A stretch of 58,831 nucleotides of DNA, the filler included, from Sphacelaria rigidula (lineage: Eukaryota), in the NCBI GenBank assembly GCA_964200075.2. It is 4 parts of 4 records of this genome, joined end to end, with 100 filler letters (N's around TTAATTAATTAA, not from the genome) between each part and the next. Parts side by side here need not be neighbours in the genome. Positions count along the whole stretch, not along the records: positions 1 to 14,636 come from CAXNAA020002132.1; 3 more parts are not named here. One strand, given 5' to 3'. A program made the translations under genes and the position numbers. The notes under the pieces are model-generated. The model saw only the letters and a program-made list of their open reading frames with translations, was not told the origin of the DNA and made no database searches. This document shows positions 1-11,300 of this stretch, one piece after another (position 1 is the first letter of the stretch; every line of letters begins with the position of its first letter).

Positions 1-44
1 GTCCGGGCGGGGGGGGGGGGGGGGGGGGGTGGGGGGGGGCGTAC

Positions 45-548
45 TCATTCGTTGCTTGCCTCAGTCATTTGACCGTTCACCACGCATTCCTTTCGAGACG
101 GGGCACCGTTCCCACTCCTAATAGAGACACCTCCAACATTTGGGTGTTCGTCACGTTTCTTCTCTACGTACCACAAAAACCTTTTACAAATCTTATCCCC
201 GTCCTGTTTCGCCGTCTGTGGCCACCATCCATCTCCTAGTATAACCATCGTTTTCTTCCTACTGCCGAATGCATTAAACGATTTCTTACCACCTTCGTTC
301 ACGCCCCGCATTCCCCCCTCTAGCACGTCCCGTTCCTCCTTGTATAGATCACATTCTGCCACTAAATGACTTTTGCTCTCTATTGCTTTGCCACAAGGGC
401 GATTCTGTGCACCTAATTCCACCTCCTCTCGACTACTGATGAATCTCTTTCTTCTTTGTAGCAGGTCCAGGTTCCCGACCCGAACTCGCAGTTTCCAATT
501 TTTCGCCGCGTTCATTGGGATATGCAAATATATTTTCATCAACAACAC
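45..548 (-). mobile_element. Non-LTR (LINE-like) retrotransposon 3' remnant: C-terminus of ORF2 with a degenerate CCHC-type knuckle
   Basis: The ORF contains KLRVRVGNLDL...RPCGKAIESKSHLVAECDLYKEER, resembling the LR.G...C..C...Es..H....C..Y...R tail of LINE ORF2. It ends in the shared terminal motif and a long G/C homopolymer (about 11-39). No RT core is present. Confidence 0.65.
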
Positions 549-873
549 ACGGGGGGAGGGGCGGGGGAGAAGACACCAGATCTAGCAAAATACAAACATC
601 ACCATGCTACGTAGGCGCGACCAGCACACAGCAAACCGTTGGATGGAAGGCTAGCTACATAGAGAATCGATACGGTACGCTGGTTGAATAAGAGGGTATT
701 CTGCTGATTTCCCCATTACCCCGTTGTCTATTTTGATCCGCACTCGAAGAGAACCGCCTCTACTCTGATTACTACGCAGTTGAATACCAGCCTGTGATGT
801 TCTTCAACGCCGAATAGGTCATAGCAATTCAACATTTTTTTCGTGCCATATTGGCTTTCGAACCCATGTGCAC

Positions 874-975
874 CTTTCTTGAAACGCGCTGGACTCTGAC
901 TAATCTTGATCCCAGCATGTCCCTTGTAACTTTGATCATGCTCCTACTATGAGCTGGGCCAGCTTGCAGCGGGTC
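874..975 (-). CDS. Tentative further XPO5-like exon (DPLQAGPAHSRSMIKVTRDMLGSRL...)
   Basis: cag...AAG|gtgcac, phase 0. MIKVTRDML weakly recalls the exportin-5 LR.LTR motif expected next, but the acceptor is weak. Confidence 0.3.
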
Positions 976-1029
976 CTGATGCTCGACCAGCTTTGCACGA
1001 CCCGTTTCCACGAGTCAAAAACTAAAACT

Positions 1030-1510
1030 CATGCGGATGATATGGCACACAGATTCTTGGCTGACGGATTGTTCACTTTTGGGACGTTTGACCCATTTGT
1101 TGACCCTCAAACGGGGAAAATCGCCAACACAGGTCTCGGACACTTTGCATCACCCCACAGAGAGGAGCCTAGCCAACTTTTCAGATTCCCTTGGCTCCAA
1201 GGTTTCGAGAGTGGCCGCTGAACAATAATCCGGGTGCTATAAAATCCACGGATCCCCACAGATTATTGGGCAAACTGCCGTATGTTGGCGAGCACAGACT
1301 ATTGCACACGAATTATCATTCAGCGGCCAATCTCGAAACCCCAGAGTCAAGCGAATTTTAAGAGTAGGCTAGGCTCCCCTCTGAGGGGTGATGCAAAGTG
1401 TCTGAGACGTGTGTTGGCGATTTTCCCTGTTTGGGTCAAAAAGTGGATCAAACGTCCCACAAGTGAACAATCCGTGGGCCAAACATCTGTGTGCCGTAAC
1501 ATCCGGCCTT
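1030..1510. repeat. Degenerate long inverted repeat (arms ~1030-1230 and ~1310-1510), foldback/MITE-like, intronic
   Basis: The reverse complement of 1030-1230 (cagcggccactctcgaaacc...ggctaggctcctctctgtggggtgatgcaaagtgtccgagacctgtgttggcgattttcccc) aligns with 1321-1510 (cagcggccaatctcgaaacc...ggctaggctcccctctgaggggtgatgcaaagtgtctgagacgtgtgttggcgattttccct). Confidence 0.85.
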
Positions 1511-1623
1511 ACGCACAAAAATTATATCGAGACACAAAAATGTACTGCTGTAGCCGAAAGAAGAAAAAAGACCCATCAAATTAGAGCCAGTTCAAGATTG
1601 TGACAAAAAATCCAAATGTAATG

Positions 1624-1747
1624 AACCCCTTGGGGACCCCCGTTGACTGTTATTGTTTTCGAGAATCGGCATCATTCTGACTCGAAAATGACTGAAAATG
1701 ATGCCGATTCACAAAAACAAAAATCGACAATAGGTTTCAAAAGGGTT
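1624..1747. repeat. Short hairpin/palindromic element
   Basis: ttgttttcgagaatcggcatcatt ... aatgatgccgattcacaaaaacaa are inverted, with outer aaccc/gggtt. Confidence 0.7.
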
Positions 1748-2217
1748 ATCTCAACAAATATATTCAGTCATATTGTTGACTACCACGGCCAATTTATGCG
1801 TGTTGACAAATAAAGTAGAACGTACGTGTGAAAGTGCAGCTCAAAAGCTCGTCAAATAGGGCGGTGACATTGGATTTTTCTGTGACACCGTTGCATCGTG
1901 CTGTGTAAAAAAGCTGGTATAAGAACTCCCACGAGGGCGGAAGGTCATGAGCTCGAATGCCGGCAGATGCCTTTTATTTTTTGCAGTATCTGGTTCTGTC
2001 GTTGAGGTATTATATTATGAAGTATGTTTAATCATTCTCCTTTTCAATTTACACATAGCATACATCAGCACGTTGTCCTGCACTTCACAGCGATATACCT
2101 ACATACAGCTAATTCCTTGAATTTGAAAAGTTATCGTTGGCTAGAGAAATATCTGTTTTTAGGCTGGCCCAGCTCGTATACCTCCTTCGTATCATTGCAG
2201 GTCACGGTATACTGTAC

Positions 2218-2319
2218 CTCTTGTGTAAGCATCGCTCCTCCGTGTGCGTAGACCTGAAACATGTCGGGATTCCTCTGCCGTAGCGCCTGTGCCCCTGCGC
2301 TGTCCGGCGACCAGGCAGC
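2218..2319 (-). CDS. XPO5: XPO5-like exon (AAWSPDSAGAQALRQRNPDMFQVYAHGGAMLTQE)
   Basis: tag acceptor, GAG|gtacag donor, 102 nt; supplies the conserved W after RLS. Confidence 0.78.
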
Positions 2320-5300
2320 CTAGCCAATCCAAATTTTACACGAGCCAGGACGGATGTAGTGTAAAAATGATTGTTACCTAGGGCCGGGAACTGAAGCAGT
2401 GGACTCTACACTCTGCCAGTACTGCTCGTGGCTGGTAGTGGCAGCGTGTACTGGGAAAACAGTAGCCAGCACTGCCGCTACTTTCCCCTCTACGTTCGTC
2501 CCTGTATGACGCTTCATTATTTAATGGAACCCATGTAATTGCCCAACAAGTGAAGCCAAATCGCGTGGAAACGAGCCTCAGGCGGGGCTTCGGTGCGGCA
2601 GTAGTGTTCACCACTTGGTCGATTAAAGCCTTCCCGGAATTTTATTACTTGATATGAGTGTAAACACCGATATTTGGATCTTCAGAGGGGCTGACAGTCG
2701 CAACTGCCTCTCGCGTGCGCAGAACGCGTTTTCGTCAATATCGGCGCCGTTTTGAGGTCTGCCAACGCCACACTTCACCTGGGGAACGCTTCACACACCC
2801 CTCGGTCGAGGGTTCTCGGCATGCCTTGGGTTGCGGTTAGGATTAGGGTTGGCGTTATTGAAAAAAAGGGCTTGCGAGAAATTCCGTCATCGACCCAGTG
2901 GTGAACACACCTCCGCTGCGAAGCCAAGGTTCTGGCAGCATCCAGTGCATGTACTGGGTACTGAAGCAAGCACATGGAATGTACTGGCCGGCTGCGCCAG
3001 AACTCAGCCCCACTATTGCTCCGAATTATACCAAGAACAGTAGGAGTCATGCTACCACGGGGGGCGTACTCATTTGTTGCTTGCCTTAGTCGTTTGACCA
3101 TTGACCACGCATCCCTTTCGAGACGGCGCATGCTACCACGGGGGGGGGGGTGTTCTCATGTGTTGCTTGCCTTAGTCGTTTGACCTGGGCCATTTCTTGC
3201 ACGATAACACTTCAACTAATTGTTGGAAACAGCAACTTTTGTTCGAACGCGCTCTTGGTACCAACAAGGCATATTCATACCGCTTGGCACCGCTTTCACA
3301 TCTAGGGCAGAAATGCGAGTGTGCTGGATAGTCTGACACATACACAGGAGCCCCTGCTCGTGCGATCACCCCCCCCCCCCCCCCGCCCCTATCGTGCTTT
3401 GTCTCGAAAGGGATACGTGGTCAATGGTCAAACGATTGTGGCAAGCAACAAATGAGTACGCCCCCCTCCCCTATCGTACTATGACATGCAATATCATGAG
3501 TACACCCTCCCCTATCGTGGAATAATTCATGGGTGAACGGAACGTGAGAGCTAGACAACCGCTCGTATGCCACAGCTACACGCACATGCATCTCTCCTAC
3601 ATGGGAAATCATCAATCAAATATAGCTTGTAACTCACGCTGAGCCTTGGCATGAGCGTTTTGGTGAAGGCGGCCATCACGGGTCGTACGTGAGAGTCCAG
3701 CAAGCAAGGCGGGCAGAATACGACGTACTTCTCCAAAAAACGGACGCATAATCCCGGAAGGTGCCTGTTCGAAAAAAAACAAAAAAACACACACACAAAC
3801 AGTGGTCGTAGATGATGACAAGAGGTTGATGGAATGGCATTTCGGATCACGGCAATATCGACGTTACAATCCAGACGACTACGTGTTCGAAATTTGAAAA
3901 ACAGCATCCGTACGAGCTGGGCGGGCCTAGACGCGGATTCAAGCTCTCGAAGCAGTATCTCGTCGACACAGACGAGTTGGGCCTCTCTGAATCAAGTATT
4001 AATCGCCCATTGAGAGGAAGGTGCCCATCTGCTCAAAAGTCTGGGCCATTTTTTCATGTCAATTGAACCCCGTGTCTGGTAATTTGTACTGAATACCGTA
4101 CGGAGATAGCGTTCATACTCAAGTCTATATGAAACCTCCGGACGATATATACAGCGGATGATGACGATTTTTGGTGTGGAGATTTCCTGGAGCACGGGGA
4201 GACGATCGGTCTCCTCACCTTCGCCTACTTCGATATCTACCTCGAGGTATGGCACACAGAAGTTTACATACTAAAATCAATACATTACAAGCAGAGGCAC
4301 GGAATGCACCAAATCTGGATATTTTGTCTGAGTTTTGAATTTTGTTTTTTGAAATTTCGTAAGGACAATCGCTAGTGCACACAATGAAAAAAGAAGAAGT
4401 TTTTATTCTTTAGATTTCACTTTACTTTTGTTTTCCTATTTCCAATGGGAGTTCGAAGGGACAACGGACAATTCCAATAATTTTCATTCGAAACTTATCA
4501 TGGAGAATCGCGAACGCATGCCGAAGAAGAAAAAAAAACGGCCTTCATTTTCGTTCAGAGAGGTATGGGCGTTCTCGTGAAAGTATGGTCATTAGTACAG
4601 GAAAACGTCCTAATCAAGTGAAGAATAATAAAATCAACATTTCTCACTTTGAATCATTGTGGCCTAGCGAGGTCCCACACAAATCTCAATACACAAGTAC
4701 CAAACCTGGCCGGTAAGCGGCCTGCAAAATATTGTTGCGATTTTAACCGGCCCGGTTTTTGAAAGGCCCATTCGCTTCTAATACTCAAAGCTGGACCCTA
4801 AATTTTGGTATCGGCAATCAATACGGCACAATAAAAAGATATGCATGGACCCAATTATTTTTTTCATGAGTTCCAAGACGATAATCACTTTTCAGGTTTC
4901 AGCAAAATGCCGTCAAGACATGGGAAGAAAAAAAAATGAGTCCATGCATACTTCTTTTTTAATATGCCCTATTGATTGTCCATACCAAAATTTAGGATTC
5001 AAATTCAAGTATTAAACTACGAATGGGCCTGCAAACTCCAAATCCGTTCCTAGGCTGCTCCAGCTCGTAGATATTTCAACATTTCACGGCGTTGTGATCC
5101 TTGGTGGATTGTGGCAGTATCCAACCGCGGACGACGTTGCTCAAGTATGTTTCCTGTATAGCTTGTGTAAGGGATACGTGTTTTAATGGTGACGGTAGAG
5201 TGATGCTACAATAGAGGGGAGGGGGGGATACTCATGATGTTGCATGCCATAGTTTTTGATCTCGCATCCCTACGGAGTCGGGACGGAGCACGCGTGTTTT

Positions 5301-8300
5301 TTCGCCGGACCAGGCTCGCAGTCAATCACCAAGCGCGAAGCGCTGTGATGCGTGGGGCGACTCGCATGAAGGATGAGCTACATCCCGCAAAGTTTGCAAT
5401 CGCATGGAACAAGCGCTGTTGCTTGCAACGACGATTTGAGGTGAAACTTCGTGCAAGAAATGGCCCTAAATACCCTACCCCCTATCGTAGTAGCAGACGG
5501 TACTGGAAGGCAAGCCCATGTCTGTGACCACAAGTCGGACAGGTGAGGTCAAGGTGCAGAAAATCAGAGATAAAATAGTGACAACATCAACTGCAGAGCT
5601 TTAGTTGATGACTGAATTTCGCGCATTAATTGCTCTCTGAGGAATGGACGTACCTAGACATACCTGAAGAAAATAAAAACAGCAGCAGTCGACAGAGGAA
5701 GCTCGAGAGGAGGGAGTGAAATACTGAAAACCGAGAAACAGAAGAAAACAAAAGTAGATGCTCAGCCAAAAACGAAAGCAAAATATTAGTGGAGCATGAC
5801 GTCGGGTTATGGCAGCACCGACTGCGCATCTCCGTAAAGAGCCAATGCAAACGGCTGAACAAGGCATAAGAGTTACTGGATGCGATATACGAGACAACAT
5901 TCGACATGCCTGTTCTCCACGTACTCCAGGCCAGCAAGCAAGCCGTTGATGATCACATCTTGCACTTTATCGGGAGAAACGGCCACGTATAAAACCCCCT
6001 GCCGGCAGGCTAGCCCCAACAAGTTGTAGCACACCGTCCGCAGCTGTAAATCATACACACAAAGGAGCGAGAGTATAGGCAGCATGAGGGTTGAGAGTAT
6101 GGTCAGAGTACAACGCCACAACAACAGGGTACCGAAGGTCTCCATATCGGCATGAAGACACGATTGTCAAGGTCGACACTTCAGTGTTTGACAGCCACAC
6201 AAGGGCATGATTATCAACCCGACACACTCCTATCAGCACAAAAATAAAGCTCGGGAAGATCGACACGTCGGTGCTTGAGAGCTTTATCTTGACCATTCGA
6301 TCGCTCACGTTTGTTGAATGGGTATCAGTAGGTTTTACGATGATGGGATCTACGATACAGCAGCGGCACACCTGTGCGTCATATCGAGACGATAACATGG
6401 CGCAGGATTTACTACCGAATTTGGGGTGTCGGGGGACATACGTGATGTACTCGTGATACACGGTCGCCTATCTCGCCTATCGAGTTCACTGCGCTTGGCA
6501 CCCGCAGCCACAAGACTTTCTTGTAATAAATCGCGGTCAGCCCTGGGTACCTGAAGCATCCAACATGATCGCCTACGTTTGTTGAACGGGCTCAGATTCC
6601 AAGAGCTTTCAAGCACATGACGGCACATCATGGAGAACAAACAACACCAAGGAAGCCAGACGAGTAAATGTAGATACTGTTTTTTTACAACAAAGACTAG
6701 AGGGATACAAATGTATCACAAACTGGTGATAGATTGAAGAGTCGGACGTGGAAATACTACATTACCATACGTGAGGCAGCGCTGGTTCTGCTTGTCTTTC
6801 CAGACTCGCTTATGCTCACGAATTTTGAACGCTGGGCACTAACGAAAAACATTTCGTCAAAAACGATGCATATGACTGTACAGAGTTACACCCCCTGGGG
6901 AATATGTGGTTGATAGTTGCAGTAGGGCTGTACTTTACTCGGTACAACTGTCCTAAAGCAACTATTGCACGCCCTGGACAGAACACAATCAGTAGTTACA
7001 ATAGACAAAAAAATGTACTGCGTAAAGTATAGGCCTGCTGCGACTATTGTGGCGCGCCGACAATAGTTGCAGCAATAGCTTATACTTTACGCCGTACATC
7101 GTCTACTGTAACTCTTCACGATATACTGTCCAGCGTGGGAAGTTTTGGCCACGTATTGTCCAGGGTGTGCATAACTACCCGCGGCAGAGTACCCTACTCC
7201 TCGAGTCTAGGCGAATACACGTGGTTCGGTACAATACACTTTGGGATAATCTCCTCGTATGTCGAGGAGATAACCCCGGAATTCTAAATCTTATATAGAG
7301 GAAGCATACAGGTCATTTCCCAGTCGTCGCTAAGGTGAACAGGTTTCAAGAATCCTCAACGGGGATATGTAAATTTACCGCTTTCACGAAAAAGTATCCA
7401 CACCTTCTCCTACTTGTCCGCCGTATAGAGGCTCTTCTCAACAGAATCAAGGTCAGCCACCAAGCAATCTCGTCACGCTGGAAACTACTCGGGGGTTGTT
7501 CCATACCCTACTTAGAACCTTACTGAGGAGCCCCAAGAATGCTTCGATACATCAGGAACGTTCTCTCCAGACGGAAATAGAATAATCTTCAAGGTGAGCA
7601 CTCATGACTGCTGAAATCTTGGAGGTATTTCACGGAAAGTGTGTTGGAGTTCAGCGCGTTCAGCACTTACATCGTGCAGCATCCTGCACCATTGCGCCAC
7701 CAGCGTCAGGTTCTGCAGGTCCTGCGGTGTGACCTCGTAATCCCCCGATTTATTTTTCCGACGATTTTGTTCGCTCTCCTGAGACGGGATCATCGCCAGG
7801 GTCGCCCTGGTGAGCCAAAAAACCAACGCAGATGATTAACCCGAATCACACAGCACACAAAATGACGTCACCTCTCAGGGGGTATAGTATCCTCGCGTTC
7901 GAGCACGGCATATTCGGCCCTTTCATGTTCTTGTTGGATTGATATCGGAACGAAAATTGAGGACCAACAGCAACATAAACCAACAGTAACGGTACACCAC
8001 ATGACAGCACCAACGCACGTTAAGTCAGGAAAAAAAACCATAAAAACGACGGATTTCGAGATCGAGAGACACAAAACACGGGACGGGCTGCACAGTCGGC
8101 CCCACATCGAACCGAACGGCGGATTTGAAAAAAAAAACAGGAGCCACGATCGAAAAATGTCATACTTCAGAGACACGCGTTGCCTCTACTGGACGTACTC
8201 TTGAATTGTATTTGTCTGTAATTACCCTACCCTGTGGACAGTGTAGTGTTGCACTGCATATTCGGTCCTCTCGTATTAGTGAAAAAAACACCTTCGTGGA

Positions 8301-11300
8301 TCCGGGTTAGTCATCAACACGTACTGTAAACGAGAGGTTCCGTGTATTTAATTCACCGTCGGTGCGTGTATCCCGTTACCACGACTGGATTTGTAATCGA
8401 TCACGTCACGTCATTTGCGACAACCAACCGATCAATCTGTCACATAGTGAGTGACCCATGCTCTGTAACTAAGGAGGGAAAGATGTACGTGCGCGCTACC
8501 CCGCAATTGCCACAACTACGGCAATGTTGAAAAACGACAGCTGAAAAGGCGACGTTCCGAAATTCACAGCAATCCACGGCATTCCAGTCCACTTGTAGCA
8601 CATGTATTAAATGTATAACGTCAGCCAGCAGCACACTGTCAGCTAGCTCAATGCATGGGCACTTCACAAACATGATCACATTGACATCCGCCAGCGACTG
8701 GTGCGATCAGTGTGGATTTACGGCACAAAGCCATGCGATTCGAGTGTCGACAAACTCCAACGGCAACAGCAACAGCAACAGCAACAGAACACGCTCGGGG
8801 GTGGAAAATAACGTGACTTGTGATGGGAGATGGACTTTGGTCGTCCTAAACTCACCTGGCTACGGGATGACTCAAAAGCTGTTGTCGTGTAGGGGGGGTC
8901 CATAGTAGATGCACGCATCGAATCTGCCCGACAAATTAGGTGTGAAGAGTGTCAAGAGACGCCAAAAATGTGGCGAACGAACTGGGCGATATCGCGGCAG
9001 CAGATATTCTCACCAAAACTACCTCATTGGGACATGAAAAAAAGGGCAACAACGGGACGAGTAGATACTGTACAAAGAGACGCGTACACAAGGGAGCTGG
9101 AACACGACAAATAAGTGACATCGTACGACATGACTCTTCCACAACCGCACACAATCGTGGCATGGAACCATTCCATCCCCCAAAACAACCCTACACTGGC
9201 ACACTTATCAAGGTAAAGTACCGCGCGTTAATCGTAATCTACGAAGCCGCTTTGCACGGGAAATGGGGAAACAACCTTGCACGGTTCAGCTATTCATGGA
9301 TTCAGGGTTTTGCCAACTTACGCGATACCGCGCAAAATATCCGAAAACCGCAGTGACCTCGGTTTGTTGACGGCGACACAAACACCGACGACGGCCCTGC
9401 ATATTTCTCCCTCTCTCACCAGGTTGATGATGTTAGGGAGAGCCTGAGCCCAAGCAGTAGCAATCGGATTCACTGCGCTGAGGCCAGACAAACCCGCCCG
9501 CACCATAGCATCCAGGTTGCCCCTGAACGACTTGTCATCCCCCACCGACACCCTTTGTGCTAGCCCGTGCAACACAGTAAGCGGAGCGCGCAAAGTCTGG
9601 AAAGCGGTGGCAGCCTGCACCGTACGAGGTGCTGTCGGGGCGTAAGCCGTCTCGTCTACGGGAAGGTCCGGAGTAATTCCAAGTCTTGAAAGGAAAGTCT
9701 GCCGTGGGTGTGCGAATGGAGAGGGTACGGGAGAGCAGGTCATCATCTCTGTGCAGGAAGTCAGTGCGAGGGTGATGCCGGGCACGTCTATCCAGCGAAT
9801 GAATCGTCAACTTTGGGCGCGTATTCCCTACTCGACACAACATCTGGCAACGCCTGGAAAGCTGTTGTGCGCCCTACAGATGGTTGTGCAATGTGCTCTG
9901 ATATTCCAACTGAGCGGCACTAGACGACACGCATTCCAAAGAGACGCATTGACGTGCAGTGAACTCCTCACCACCTTAGCAACAGGTTTCAGCCTTCGAC
10001 AACTCATCTACCGGACCATTTGTGAACCTCACCCCTCACGCGCGAGGCCGCCGTGCGGAACAGGATTGCCGACCGACTTTCAAAATTTAGTCAATCCCGG
10101 CGCTATAAAACCCGAAATGATGAAACTGCAGAGCGGCGCGAAAAAACACAACGGAAACCAATGGAATTGCGCGGGAAAATCGTGCCAAAAAGTACGTCCG
10201 CTTTGCGGCCCTGGATAATTTACCGGCATAATATTACGCTTGCTCATTCATTGCGATCTCTTTGTTCTAATTCAAAATTCTACAAATTTACAATTTTTGT
10301 CATCAAAGCTGAGCAAAAACTGACTGCTTGCAAGCACCACCCCCCATGACCGCAGAGCGCGTACCTCGTGCTTCCTAACCCCCGACTGACAGAATTAGGG
10401 ATGTTAGCGATAATCCTAAGGATATCCATTCTTCTCATATCAACACTAGTCCTCTTGGGCTACATTTGGTCAGGGATCAAATCGAAGAGGTTGACATCAA
10501 CTCAAGGACGTTGTTGTTGACGCACATGGATCGCCTGGAGCATGACCGTTCAGCGAGCCGAAATTAAAGGCCTAACTACAGAAGGGAAAAACGACCGGAT
10601 TTATGAAGCGAAAAGTAAGAATCTTCGACGGCAAGGCACCAAGAGCGGTTTTGCATCATGACACTAAAATACTGCAACGGTCACATGATATATCAAGAGC
10701 ATGCCCTCACCTCCGGGGAGCTAACCGCCTCGGTTACGTCGTTTCCTGTCCACACTGACATGGGCTCCTTGAGCATATCCAGAACGAAAATCTTCCGCTG
10801 TTCGTCATCCTTGACGCTATTGCTTACTACCACCTGACGCAGATCAAGAGGATAGTATTCGCACCAACCATGGCATCGCAGGCAGGATGTGTTCAGGATT
10901 TTCCGCCCAACATCGTCCGCAAAATCAGCATTTTAGAATTTTAATAACACGATTTATCAAGTTCGCATGTAGCCTGACAAAGCGCTCCGTTGATGATCTG
11001 TTGCACAGCGACTAATTTTGTTGGCAGGTGAGTTGTTCTGTCTCATAGTGGGTTCTTGAGCGATTCCAGAGTACAAAGAGGCCCGCAGGGCACCGCATGT
11101 ACAAGGCGAGGAACACGGCTGCGCACCATCGCGGGGACCACCTCGTCCACCGTCATATGACGAATGGGATTCAAACTAATGATCGTGCTTAGGCACCTGT
11201 CGTAAAATTGGTTGATGTAACGTTTTCGGCAGTTTGCGATCTTGAAATGAAGTTCCGATATTAACTTCACCCACATCACAAGGCACACGAGGAATCTCAG

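Noticed and set aside
5800-7830. piggyBac-like transposase fossil
   Set aside because: The segments that suggested it are better explained as XPO5 exons with exact splice phases. The remaining 6051-6640 similarity is too weak.
9318-9785. CRE-like non-LTR reverse transcriptase fragment, or a longer exon ending at 9322
   Set aside because: The ORF core is an XPO5 exon. The 9420 donor plus the 68-nt exon at 8923-8856 gives the expected IR..H.LW.P motif.
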